Positions 1-10,299 of a DNA stretch of 64,000 nucleotides are shown one piece after another; the stretch's first letter is position 1, and every line of letters starts with the position of its first letter. The notes beneath the pieces were generated by a model. It was not told the origin of the DNA. It did no database searches and saw nothing but the letters and a program-made list of their open reading frames with translations. The position numbers and the translations under genes were made by a program. Origin of the DNA: Mantamonas sphyraenae STR306. Lineage: Eukaryota; Protista; CRuMs. The stretch spans positions 226,544 to 290,543 of the forward strand of contig JAPMXV010000011.1 of the NCBI GenBank assembly GCA_026936335.1, written 5' to 3'.

Positions 1-3000
1 TCTGGCGTGGTACTCCAGTGTCCAGCGCTTGACACGATCCCACTGACTGCGCCTACTCCACTGACTGCAAACGTGCTGGCCGAAGAGGAAGACACCACAC
101 CTTTCCTGGAATTCAAGTGGTTCCATGAAGCTGAACAGAATGACATGACGGTTTCGCTGCAAGCTTTTGACGTCGTATTGTGGATGCCGATGCTGGCGGC
201 TGTGCAGGTGTCATTGGAGCCAGTGAGCGGGCAGGGAGCAACGTCCGTACGGCCCACACAATCGACTGCTGAGGCGACACCACTGGCGTTGCCGCAAGTG
301 TTTCCTCGCATCCATGTGCAATGCGAATGTGTGCGTGTGTTTCTCCCAACCCAGTTTCCACAGGCCCACTGCCCGTTTGCCATGCTGGCTCTGAACTCGA
401 TGAATCTAAAGTCGACGGCCAATCTCATCCAGGCGCAGCTGAACCAGCTTGTGCTCATCACGGATGATCTGATGGTGAAGGGAACGCCGTCAATGTCCTA
501 TCTCGACTCGCGAGGACGGCACACCATGCTGAAGCCCCTCAGTGTGCAAGTGCAGGTGGCGCTTCGTCCACAGCTGTTGTCGCTAGACGTGCGGTTCACC
601 GAAGCACGCATGTACTGTTCGTCTGCACAGGTGGGTCTCATGCAACAGCTTGCCGCCACGGTGCCCAGCCCTTCAACAATGCATGCGGGGTCAGAGGCCC
701 CTGCAGCCCCGCCTCGGGCAACAGTGCCCATACGCCTGCAGATGCATGCACCAGCCTTGTTTCTGGAACTGCGCATGAGCCCCAACCCGACGCCGTTTGC
801 CATTGTGAGCGTCCACGACGTGGCAGCCCACCTGGACCTGCAGCGAATGTCGTCCAGCCTGGCGGCCTCGCTACATCATATGTTGGCCCATTATGTCGAT
901 GCAAACGACGACAAGCAGCTTGTGCGTGTGCTACAGTCTCATGACATCACGGTGTCCTGGGAGATGCCTGCTGCTTTGCACGTGGCTGTGCGTCCCATCA
1001 AGCTGGATATCTTTCCCGAGGTGCTGGTTGCGGCGGCACTCTTTGTTGATGCCTGCAACCGTGCAGCTCTGGCCATGCAGCTTGTGCGCAGTGCTTCGAG
1101 TGCTTCCATGGTCTCTCTGGCAGACGAGGGCGTCGACGTGTCCATCAACAACAACGATATCTCTGAATCGGAGGATGCGAAGCCACCCCTTGAGCATCAG
1201 CAATTGGATGTGGATTTGTCCCTGCGTGAGATCGTTCTGCAAATGCACACGAGTGTGCAGTCGCGAGTGGAGCAAGACGGAGAGGAAGAAAATGGGGATG
1301 CACACCGGGGCGAAAGCAATCCGACGTGTGAAATGGCGCTGTGCGACGCGTCGATTCAGATGGCGCTGCTCGGAGGCGGACGCTCACGGCTGCATGGAAG
1401 TATCCTCAACGTGACGGTACACGTGGATCGGAAACACCGTCTGCTTCAGCCGGCAACCGTTGAGGTGGACGTGGAACATGTGGTGCAGAGATCCGGATCG
1501 GCGACGTTGCATGTGGATGTGCGCGTGCCATCGCTTCGGCTGACCATGGCCCACCGACACCTGAGCTCGGCCATTGCCCTCAGTAACGTGTTTGTACCTG
1601 CCATACAGCACGCCATGGATGTACACGAGCATGCACCGGCAACCGCGACGCTGGACGATTCGACGGCAATGCTTGTGGATAGATCACAGGATGACTTGCG
1701 CACCCAAGACTTTTCGTTCACCAGCGCGCCTGCAGATGGTGGCATTGAAGCGGAAGCGCTCCCTGTACCCTTGCAGCTGATGCTTAGTGGTGAAGAGGCG
1801 TCGTCCGCGTGGATGGCCTGGGCATATCCAGAGGCACGCAGCGTGTGCGAGCTTGTGACAACGCCGCTGACGTTGCACCAGCACGAACAGGTGTCTTGTG
1901 TACTCAGCTACTGGTCACCGGTGACGGGTGCATATGTGGCCGCTGCTCGCGTGCGCGTGTCACAGCGAAGCATCCGCACCATTGCCCTGCGTGGATTGCC
2001 GCTGAGCACGCAATGGAGGTTGCACGTGGATGTGCAGGACACTGCGTTGCAAGGATCCACATTGGCAGCGAGTGTGCGCATCAGCAGCCTGTCCCCACGA
2101 AGCTTGTCTGCGCAGGTTTACGTTAGCGCGACAGTGAACACGATGCAGCTGTCTGTGCGCAATCCCATGGAGGACAAACTGGAACAGGAGTTGATGTTGC
2201 TGCACGCACACTCTGTGGTCACACGGTTGGATGTATCACCGCATGGCACGTTGCTTGTGGACGCCAACGTGCATGTGCACGCTGTGCTGAACAACATGGC
2301 CACCAACACACAGGAGCCGTTGCTGGACGCATGTCACCTCTCGGCAGCCCTGAGCGTGGACAAACACATGGACAGCCACGGGCGCACGGAACGAGAGTCG
2401 ACGCGGCTGGCAGTGCGAAGCAGCGGCTTGCAAGTGTGCGTAGGCCTGAATGCACTTCGAATGTTGCTTCAGAGTGCACGCGCGTTCCAAAGACGCTTGG
2501 AGCCTCTGTTTGCGCAACATGCACGCGTGTTGGCGCAGCGTTCGTACAGCGAGGACGAGCTGTGGTACGATGCGAGCGGAGACGGGGCAGTGACACCCGA
2601 CGAGGACAACGACGATGCACAATGGGCTGGTACGCGGGAACACGGAAGCTATGCCGTGTTTGTCTTGGTCAATCACACAGGCATCGACCTGCGGTACGGC
2701 CAGCTGGGCACGGCAGAGATCGGGTACCTCGAAGCAGGGCGCAGCTGCGACTACCATTGGTACACCCACCAAGAGACACAGTTCTGCAAGAAGCAGCTGC
2801 GAGTAGCAGCTGAGGCCGTCAAACTGCGGTGGACCGACCCTGTGGACATCCATCGTCCGGGTGTGCGTGAGCTTCGTGTCATGTACATGGGCGCGGAAGT
2901 GTCGATGTGGCTGCATGTGTATGCACAAGACTTCCAACTGCGGGTTGAGCTGTATCCAACACACACGTTGGTCAACACGCTGCCAGACAGCGTGCAGATG

Positions 3001-6000
3001 CAGATAGACTGTGCCGATGGCGATGGCGGTGGCGGTGGCAGCGACGACAGGATGTGGGAGCTGCCTGGCACAGACGTGTCTGCACGGTTGAGCAGCCCCA
3101 CGTGTGCATACGTAATGATGCGAAAGGAGGAATCACGGGTGCGTGTGCGCGTGTGCGCAGATGCTCAGTCGGACAGGACGACGGCGTGGTCTCAGTGGGT
3201 TGACATACATCCAACCGATGTGTCCAGCAGCACTCTGGTAGACATGGACATGCAGGACGGGAGCACACGATACGCATGCTGGCTACAGGTGGTCCGGAGG
3301 CGTGCGGCGGACGGCGGACTGCTGTGTGTGGCCCTGCACCCTGTGTTTGCCGTCCGCAACCGCACCACAATTCCCTTTAGCTACCAACTGTGGTCCACAA
3401 CGACAAGCGCTCTTATGGAAGAGCAAGTGCCCGTGGGCGAACGGGTGATCCTGGACGGGCCGGCCATGGATCCCACAAACGGCCAGCTACTGTCATTCCG
3501 CTTCCACAGCGTCCATCGTGACCGTCGCGCTCTCTCGCGCTCATACCCGAGCCTGCCTCTAACCCAGGACTTTATCGACAGTGTGAAACAGCCTCTGGAA
3601 GCCCTGCCCGACAGGTCTGCGAGGGTGCATAGTTCGTCTTTGTCGTCATCGTCGTCCTCCTTGTCTGCCAATGGCCCCAGACAGGGGGAGGAGGAGGAGG
3701 ACACACGCACAATGTATCTTGTGGACGAACTGCCTGCGGTGCCTGTGCGGACGCCTTCCGCGCTGAAGACTGCGCGGTTGCCTGCTGTGTCACTGTACCG
3801 ACCGGAATCGCAAGCCCGGGCGGTGGGGGTGCGATATGCGTTGGACATGGACAACCCTCTGAGAAAAGGGACGACGAGTGCATACGCAGTGGCACGCCCC
3901 GTGGCTTCCATGGTACCCACTGTGGATGTGTGTGTGTACAACCAGCTTGAGGTGCACAATTACACGCAGCTGCGCCTGCTCTTTCGTGTCGCACGCTCCG
4001 ACAAACCAGCCGAGGTGGGCCCCAGCGATCTGGTGTTGTACCCATCCCATGATGTGGCAGACGCATACACACGCTTCCAAGTCGCCGTGCTGTTGGAAGG
4101 CAACGATACAGAGTCGGTGCCCTCCACAACTTGCTGGAGCGTGCCGCTGCCGCTGTTTCGGGACCAGACGCGTGATTTTGCGTACATGTTTGCTGTGAAG
4201 AAGGAATCTGCAAACGCACAGCCGATAGTGCTCAACGCACACGTGCAAGTGCGCGGGTTTGGCGTACGCGTACTCCTTCGCCCACAAATGGTTGTGTTCA
4301 ACCAGCTGGACCGTGCCGTGGTGCTTTCAGGTGGAAACGAAGCGCCCGTGTGCACAGTTGACTCACAGAATCGGATGCAACTGGTCGTGTGGCCCAAATT
4401 GTGGCTGGAGGGCACCAAGACTGACCAGAAGCGGACCACGAGAGAGGAGGAGATGAACAACAACAACAAGAAGAAGAACAAGTACAACAACGAGAAGGAA
4501 GACCAGGATGGGCCATCGGGATCCACAGAGGTGGAAGAGGGGGTGGAAATTGGCCAGGACCTGCTGCATGTGACATTTGCGCTGCAGATGGACGGGTATG
4601 CTCGCAGCGAGATGATTGAGGTGCCGTGTGAACAGGATTACGTACGCGACGTGTGCCTTTTGGCAGACGACCTGTCGCACATGCGTGTGGTGCGTGTGCA
4701 AGTGACGTTGCATCGCCGCATGAACAAGCTGCTATTGTGGCAGGCGCACCAGGCGCCGTTTGTGCTGCGCAACGAAAGCACACATGCGGACATGCTTGTG
4801 TGGCAGCAGCACTGCCCCGAGGCTACGCTGAGACTGCGTCCAGGCCAACACAGCGACTTTGCCTTTCGCTCGTTGGACACAAAGCGTGCATCGAGCCGGG
4901 AGGACGAGGAGGAGGAGGAGGCAGAGGAAGGCAACACACGGGTGCAGCAGCGGATGTCGCTGTCGTCCATGCTGGGAATCCAGGTGGGCGTAAGCGACTC
5001 GGACCTGGCGACTATGAACACGCCGCCGAGACTGTGTGTGCAGATGGTGAGGGCCGGCGAGGAAGCGTCTGGAGCCAGTGAGCCGTTGACGCTGAGTGCC
5101 TTGACATGTGGTCATTCGCAGGGCAACGGAGTTCATGCGCTGGTGGAACAGCATGCATCGCACTTTGTGGTTACGCTGGACAGCCGGGATCAGGAGCACA
5201 AGGGAGCAGGGACGCACGAGGAGGATGCATCGGTGATGGTGGAGATGCTGGACAGCAGCAACAGCGTCGAGGTGGCGTTGGACACCCTGGCATTGTGCGT
5301 TCTGCATGAACCGATGCGTGGGGAGGAGCAGTGGGCGGAAGCGTTGCGTGTGGAGGTGGGTGCGGTTCGGGTGGAGGTTGTACAGTCAGAGGCACGCGCG
5401 CACACACGTGCAGAGCAGACGATGCGCGTGGGTGTGCGCCTAGGAAGCGTGCAAGTGGACAATTACATGCCCGGGGCGGAGTTCCCTGTGCTACTCACCT
5501 CGTTGCCCGAGGGCAGCACCAACGACTTGGGGCAGTTTGGACAGCCGCCAGCCGTGCAGGTGAGCGTGGAAGTGGATGAGTTTGGCGGAGGCGAGAGCCG
5601 ATTGCACAGTTTGGACGTGGATGCGCAACCGCTGCGGCTGTTCTTTGAGGACGGCCTTGTGGACGGCACGATGGAGTTGGTGGAAGGGGTGCTGGAGCTG
5701 GTGGGGGACGAGGCGTTGGACGAGGCCGGGGCCGGGACGAGTGCGGTAGTTCGGGGCTGGAGGGAGGCAGGCGCAGTCATGGGAGACGGAGAAGATGGGA
5801 CGACGCTGTATTACGTCGGATACGAAGTGGAACGCAACATGGAGGCGTTGATGGAGGCGCCGGTGCGAGTTGTGCAAGCGGTGCATGCCATCCGCAGGTG
5901 TAACATCAGCAGCGTGCAGCTGCGTGCGTGGCTGCATGTGTCGTCGCCGGTGTATCTGAGTGTGGCGGACAGTCCGCTGGCAACGTCTGCAGTGCGTGTG

Positions 6001-7071
6001 CGGCAGGTGCAGGCCACGCCGCAGCAGTTGGCTCAGCTGCTTGTGAGCACGTACGTCAACGACGTGATTGTGGGTGCGCCTGCAGTGTTGGGCTCACTGC
6101 AGCTGCTGGGAAACCCAACTGCACTTGTGCGCAGCATCACCACGGGTGTGCAGGATCTGGTGCGACTGCCCACACAGGGGTGGCAGCAGGGACCGCGTGA
6201 GTTTGTGGCCGGCATCGGCTCCGGGCTGTCCTCGTTGCTCGTGAGCGTGTCGCAGGGCACGCTGCAATCGTTCAGTGGCCTGCTGGCCAGCCTTGGACGG
6301 AACATCAGCCTGTTGGGCATGGACTCGGAGCAGGGACGCAGGCGTTCGGCATCTTTGCAGGGAGGTCTGGCCTCAGGATTGGCTCAAGGGGTGCAAGGGG
6401 TGGGCGAAGGACTCATGCAGGGGCTGTCGGGCATTGTGACGCAACCGATGCGCTCTGCAAGCAGGGATGGGGCGGCTGGGCTGTTCCGGGGATTGGGCAA
6501 AGGGTTGCTGGGCGCAGTGGCACGTCCGGTGGGCGCAGTGTTTGAAATGGCCTCACAGACTACGTATGGATTCATGAACAGCGTCGGGTTGGGTCACGGC
6601 GTGGTACAGCGGCGACCGCGACGCGCGGTGGCGTGGCGTGGCGCCGTTCCGTCGCATCCTGCATATGAGGTCATGCTGGAGCTGTTGTGGGCTCGCGAAG
6701 AGGTGACAGATGACGCATACGTGTACCACACGGAAGCATCTGTGTTGTCCATGGATATGGACTGTGTGCTGCTGCTGACACGGCGTACGCTGTACATTGT
6801 GCGGGATGGCCTGAGCGGTGTGCTGCACGACTGCATCCCGCGTGCTTCGGTGGTCGCATTCGGCGACGACCGTGGAGTGTTGGCAGACGCAGGCATCGAG
6901 GCATCGCCCGAGGAGCATCCTGCGGTGTTGCTCATTTTCACGCAGCAGGCGCAGGGTGCCGCCGAGGAAGGGAGCCAGGAGCAAGACGGCACAGCACGTG
7001 GAATCTGCTGGGCATTTGGATTTGCCACTGAGTTTCAGGCTGCGTTTGTGCGACTGGCCATGGAACAATGA
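1..7071 (+). CDS. VPS13B: VPS13B/COH1-type bridge-like lipid transfer protein, C-terminal ~2350 aa (5'-truncated by the window)
   Basis: The frame is open from base 1 to TGA at 7069-7071. It contains the VPS13 C-terminal motifs (GSLQLLGNPTALVRSITTGVQDL; GLFRGLGKGLLGAVARPVG) and VAB-like repeats. The segments DDLR...WAYPEARSV...CVLSYW and LRYGQLGT resemble animal VPS13B. Confidence 0.85.
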   Translation, partial: SGVVLQCPALDTIPLTAPTPLTANVLAEEEDTTPFLEFKWFHEAEQNDMTVSLQAFDVVLWMPMLAAVQVSLEPVSGQGATSVRPTQSTAEATPLALPQVFPRIHVQCECVRVFLPTQFPQAHCPFAMLALNSMNLKSTANLIQAQLNQLVLITDDLMVKGTPSMSYLDSRGRHTMLKPLSVQVQVALRPQLLSLDVRFTEARMYCSSAQVGLMQQLAATVPSPSTMHAGSEAPAAPPRATVPIRLQMHAPALFLELRMSPNPTPFAIVSVHDVAAHLDLQRMSSSLAASLHHMLAHYVDANDDKQLVRVLQSHDITVSWEMPAALHVAVRPIKLDIFPEVLVAAALFVDACNRAALAMQLVRSASSASMVSLADEGVDVSINNNDISESEDAKPPLEHQQLDVDLSLREIVLQMHTSVQSRVEQDGEEENGDAHRGESNPTCEMALCDASIQMALLGGGRSRLHGSILNVTVHVDRKHRLLQPATVEVDVEHVVQRSGSATLHVDVRVPSLRLTMAHRHLSSAIALSNVFVPAIQHAMDVHEHAPATATLDDSTAMLVDRSQDDLRTQDFSFTSAPADGGIEAEALPVPLQLMLSGEEASSAWMAWAYPEARSVCELVTTPLTLHQHEQVSCVLSYWSPVTGAYVAAARVRVSQRSIRTIALRGLPLSTQWRLHVDVQDTALQGSTLAASVRISSLSPRSLSAQVYVSATVNTMQLSVRNPMEDKLEQELMLLHAHSVVTRLDVSPHGTLLVDANVHVHAVLNNMATNTQEPLLDACHLSAALSVDKHMDSHGRTERESTRLAVRSSGLQVCVGLNALRMLLQSARAFQRRLEPLFAQHARVLAQRSYSEDELWYDASGDGAVTPDEDNDDAQWAGTREHGSYAVFVLVNHTGIDLRYGQLGTAEIGYLEAGRSCDYHWYTHQETQFCKKQLRVAAEAVKLRWTDPVDIHRPGVRELRVMYMGAEVSMWLHVYAQDFQLRVELYPTHTLVNTLPDSVQMQIDCADGDGGGGGSDDRMWELPGTDVSARLSSPTCAYVMMRKEESRVRVRVCADAQSDRTTAWSQWVDIHPTDVSSSTLVDMDMQDGSTRYACWLQVVRRRAADGGLLCVALHPVFAVRNRTTIPFSYQLWSTTTSALMEEQVPVGERVILDGPAMDPTNGQLLSFRFHSVHRDRRALSRSYPSLPLTQDFIDSVKQPLEALPDRSARVHSSSLSSSSSSLSANGPRQGEEEEDTRTMYLVDELPAVPVRTPSALKTARLPAVSLYRPESQARAVGVRYALDMDNPLRKGTTSAYAVARPVASMVPTVDVCVYNQLEVHNYTQLRLLFRVARSDKPAEVGPSDLVLYPSHDVADAYTRFQVAVLLEGNDTESVPSTTCWSVPLPLFRDQTRDFAYMFAVKKESANAQPIVLNAHVQVRGFGVRVLLRPQMVVFNQLDRAVVLSGGNEAPVCTVDSQNRMQLVVWPKLWLEGTKTDQKRTTREEEMNNNNKKKNKYNNEKEDQDGPSGSTEVEEGVEIGQDLLHVTFALQMDGYARSEMIEVPCEQDYVRDVCLLADDLSHMRVVRVQVTLHRRMNKLLLWQAHQAPFVLRNESTHADMLVWQQHCPEATLRLRPGQHSDFAFRSLDTKRASSREDEEEEEAEEGNTRVQQRMSLSSMLGIQVGVSDSDLATMNTPPRLCVQMVRAGEEASGASEPLTLSALTCGHSQGNGVHALVEQHASHFVVTLDSRDQEHKGAGTHEEDASVMVEMLDSSNSVEVALDTLALCVLHEPMRGEEQWAEALRVEVGAVRVEVVQSEARAHTRAEQTMRVGVRLGSVQVDNYMPGAEFPVLLTSLPEGSTNDLGQFGQPPAVQVSVEVDEFGGGESRLHSLDVDAQPLRLFFEDGLVDGTMELVEGVLELVGDEALDEAGAGTSAVVRGWREAGAVMGDGEDGTTLYYVGYEVERNMEALMEAPVRVVQAVHAIRRCNISSVQLRAWLHVSSPVYLSVADSPLATSAVRVRQVQATPQQLAQLLVSTYVNDVIVGAPAVLGSLQLLGNPTALVRSITTGVQDLVRLPTQGWQQGPREFVAGIGSGLSSLLVSVSQGTLQSFSGLLASLGRNISLLGMDSEQGRRRSASLQGGLASGLAQGVQGVGEGLMQGLSGIVTQPMRSASRDGAAGLFRGLGKGLLGAVARPVGAVFEMASQTTYGFMNSVGLGHGVVQRRPRRAVAWRGAVPSHPAYEVMLELLWAREEVTDDAYVYHTEASVLSMDMDCVLLLTRRTLYIVRDGLSGVLHDCIPRASVVAFGDDRGVLADAGIEASPEEHPAVLLIFTQQAQGAAEEGSQEQDGTARGICWAFGFATEFQAAFVRLAMEQ

Positions 7072-7344
7072 TGCGCGAGAGACGATTGCGCCGGCGTTCG
7101 CAGCACAAAAATGTTGGTTACTTCCCGCAGACACTTCATCACACATCGCCTCCACACACGCACACACGTCGCCAGCCACACATGCACACGCACACCCACC
7201 GGTTAGGAGGCGTGCAACGTGTGCATGAGGGCAGGAGGGCGTGCGAGGCAGCGGCTCATTGGCGGCTTGCATTTTTTTCGTACCCAGAAAAGGCCTTGCC
7301 CACAAGCCGTACAGGAAGCTCACACACAGCTGCACATCCCACAG

Positions 7345-8434
7345 ATGGCTATCGGCAAGAACAAGCGTCTGTCTCGCGGCAAGGGCAAGAAGGGAAAGAA
7401 GGTGTATGTTGCACGGGGACGGAGCAAAGAACGAAAGGAGAAAGCGCATGCGAAACGCAGCTGGAGGCGGCCTGCAGCGCGCAGCATGCACCACTGCCTG
7501 GCATGACCCATGGCCATGGCAGCGCACACCCGGCACACATGCATGGGTCTGGGTGTGCTGTGCTGTGTGTGGGCATGCAAGGCAGCAGCGTGCGGTTTTG
7601 TGCCTGCAGCCGGCCCTGAGAGGCCCCGGCTGCCGATTTTCGCATGCGCTTTCGTGCAAGGCAAAACGGGCGCGGGAGAGGTGGGGAGGAAGTGTGATGG
7701 GAAACTGACATGGCGTGTGACTGCATCACAGTGTGGACCCGTTCACCAAGAAGGAGTGGTACGAGGTGGTTGCACCCAACGTGTTCACGGTGCGCAACTT
7801 TGGCAAGACGCTGGTGACGCGCACTGCCGGCACCAAGATCGCGTCGGAGCAGCTCAAGGGCCGCGTGTTTGAGGCCTCGCTGGGCGACCTCAACAACGAC
7901 GAGGATCAGTACTTCCGCAAGTTCCGCCTTCGTGCGGAGGATGTGCAGGGCCGTAACGTGCTCACGAGCTTCCACGGCATGGATTTCACCACCGACAAGC
8001 TGCACTCGCTGGTGCGCAAGTGGCACTCGCTGATCGAGGCCTCTGTGGACGTCAAGACCACTGACGGCTACCTCATCCGCATGTTCTGCATTGCGTTCAC
8101 CCGCAAGTCGCGCGGCCAGACCTCCAAGACCTGCTATGCACAGACCTCGCAGATCAAGGAGATCCGCCGCCGCATGCGTGAGATCATGGTGCGTGAGGCT
8201 ACCTGCGACGTCAAGGATCTGATCCCCAAGCTGTTCCCGGGCCTCATCGGCAACGAGATCGAGAAGGCCTGCGCCCCGATCTTCCCGCTCAGCAATGTCT
8301 ACGTGCGCAAGATCAAGGTGCTCAAGGCTCCCAAGTTCGACCTCACCCGTCTCATGGAGCAGCACAGCAAGACCAAGAACGACGCCGGCAAGAAGGTCGC
8401 GCGCCCGGCCCCTGCTGCTGAGGCCGAGGCATAA
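7345..8434 (+). CDS. RPS3A: 40S ribosomal protein eS1 (S3a), 2 exons: 7345-7403, 7732-8434
   Basis: [20 protein letters not shown]|[10 protein letters not shown]...[11 protein letters not shown]...CYAQTSQI. The GTATGT..CAG intron at 7404-7731 restores the frame. Confidence 0.97.
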
Positions 8435-8577
8435 ATGCAATCACTGCGCCTTTTCTGTCCGTTTCCTCCTCCTCGTTGATGCTCCACAACAACACTGCCT
8501 GTGCTTTCTTGATCTCTGGGTGCTAACTGGTGGGCACATGCAAAGACAGCGGCAAAGAGAGAATGGACGTGGTGTTT

Positions 8578-10236
8578 TCATTCGGACGAGTTGTCCAGCG
8601 AGTTGAGGGCTTCGGCCAACTCGCGAATGAGGGCCGCCAGAGCAGTGCACTCGCTGACATCGTTGGTGTCCTCCAGCGCAGCGGTCGCCATATCCATCTT
8701 GGTGAGCATGGCGCCACGAGCACGTGCAAACACAGACGCAGCCTGCGTCTTTGCCGAAGTGCCGGCAAGGGTGGGCGTGTTCGGGGCGCCACTTCGTCGC
8801 GAGCGGGACGGGGAGGCGGCAAACTGCATAGATTGCACGGGTGTGGCCACACTGCCTGCCATGCTGGTTGTCGCCGTGTTGTTGTTGTTGTCATCTTCGT
8901 AGTACTCGTCGTCGTCGTCGTCGTCGTCGACGGTGCGGCGGCGTCGCTGTTGCGAATCCACCACAGTGGGCACCGCACGCAGCTTGCCACTGGACTTTTC
9001 CACCATTCGCTTCTTGCCCTTGTGCTGTGCGCGTGCTGCGTCGCTCTCGGCTCCTGACGACGGCCCGTTCAGCTGTGCCAGCGGTGTGCTTGTCTCTTCG
9101 TTCTCCACCGTCCTTTTCTCAAACTCGTTTGTGACGCCACGGTCCACCTCCACACGTGCTCGCTTGTGGTGCGCAAGATACGACGACGGCGGCGTCGGGG
9201 TGTTTGATGCTGCTGTCGTGGCAGACACAGACGATGAGTTGTGTGTGTTGCGTGTCTCGTGCCCTGCACTGTGTGCGCTTCCTGACGCCGACGCCGCCGA
9301 CCCAGACGCCGACGAGGACGCAGACCCAGACCCCTTTCCGGCCACTTTGATGTCTCCTTCTGCACCATACACGCGACCACACGCCACGCATAGCTTGTCT
9401 CCCGACGTACGGTCCTCCATCAGCGGCACCAGACACTCGTCGCGTCCGCAGTACTCGTTGAGCATTCGGTAACCCTGCACCAGCAAGTCTGCCAGTCGCT
9501 GGCTGTTTGCTGCGCTCTGCTTGCTCCTCTCCTCAATGCGGGCCATCTGCTCTTCTGTCGGTGGCACCCAATCGTCGTCGTCGTCGTCATTGTTGTTGGT
9601 GTTGCCCGCGTTTTCCTGCTGCTGTGTGCTTCGTCCCGCCCTTTCTTCCTCTCGAGCTCCCGCTGAGGACGACCCTCCTCGCAACCCATTGCCGCTGCTG
9701 CTGCTGCCACCGCTGCTGCTGCTGCTCTGTGCACCATGCGACGGAGACTTGCGTGCGTCCAGCACTCGCATCCCCGTGCTGTTTCCGCCGCGCAGACGCT
9801 GGTATTCCAGAATCTGCGCCTGCGTGTCGTCGTCCAGACCCGCCACACTCATGTCTGCCGAGCCACCTTGGCTTCCACCCTCAGCACCGCCGTTGCTATT
9901 GCGTTGCACTCCAACCTCGTCAAACTCCAGGTTGCGCGGGCTGCGGCCCTTGTTGCGTCCCACAGGCGACGCCCCGAACCGTGAGCCGGGTGAGCTTCGC
10001 ACCGGAGACGGCGAGCTCGCAGCTGGGCTCTTGGACGGCGTGCCCACCGCTTGGTTGTTGCCATCAAAGAATTGCAGGCAGCTGATGCAGTATCGCTGAC
10101 CCTCGGCGTTGGCCACCAGCGGGATGTTGCACCCGTCGTTCGGGCATGTGTCCGGAAGCAGCGTCCAGCCCTCCACCAACTTCTTTGACAGTTCGTTTAC
10201 ATTGCGCGACACTCGGTCACGATCGTACTGCGACAT
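8578..10236 (-). CDS. ZNRD2/SSSCA1 (autoantigen p27)-like protein with two zinc-ribbon domains
   Basis: Two p27-type motifs (LVEGWTLLPDTCPNDGCNIPL...YCISC and LVQGYRMLNEYCGRDECLVPL...CVAC) and a C-terminal helix. ATG at 10236 chosen because the longer ORF overlaps AP3D. Confidence 0.8.
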   Translation of the reverse strand: MSQYDRDRVSRNVNELSKKLVEGWTLLPDTCPNDGCNIPLVANAEGQRYCISCLQFFDGNNQAVGTPSKSPAASSPSPVRSSPGSRFGASPVGRNKGRSPRNLEFDEVGVQRNSNGGAEGGSQGGSADMSVAGLDDDTQAQILEYQRLRGGNSTGMRVLDARKSPSHGAQSSSSSGGSSSSGNGLRGGSSSAGAREEERAGRSTQQQENAGNTNNNDDDDDDWVPPTEEQMARIEERSKQSAANSQRLADLLVQGYRMLNEYCGRDECLVPLMEDRTSGDKLCVACGRVYGAEGDIKVAGKGSGSASSSASGSAASASGSAHSAGHETRNTHNSSSVSATTAASNTPTPPSSYLAHHKRARVEVDRGVTNEFEKRTVENEETSTPLAQLNGPSSGAESDAARAQHKGKKRMVEKSSGKLRAVPTVVDSQQRRRRTVDDDDDDDEYYEDDNNNNTATTSMAGSVATPVQSMQFAASPSRSRRSGAPNTPTLAGTSAKTQAASVFARARGAMLTKMDMATAALEDTNDVSECTALAALIRELAEALNSLDNSSE

Positions 10237-10299
10237 GGCTCGGCCCTTTTGGTGTTTCCGCGCCCGCACACACCACAAACCTCCCTCCTTGGCCCAACC

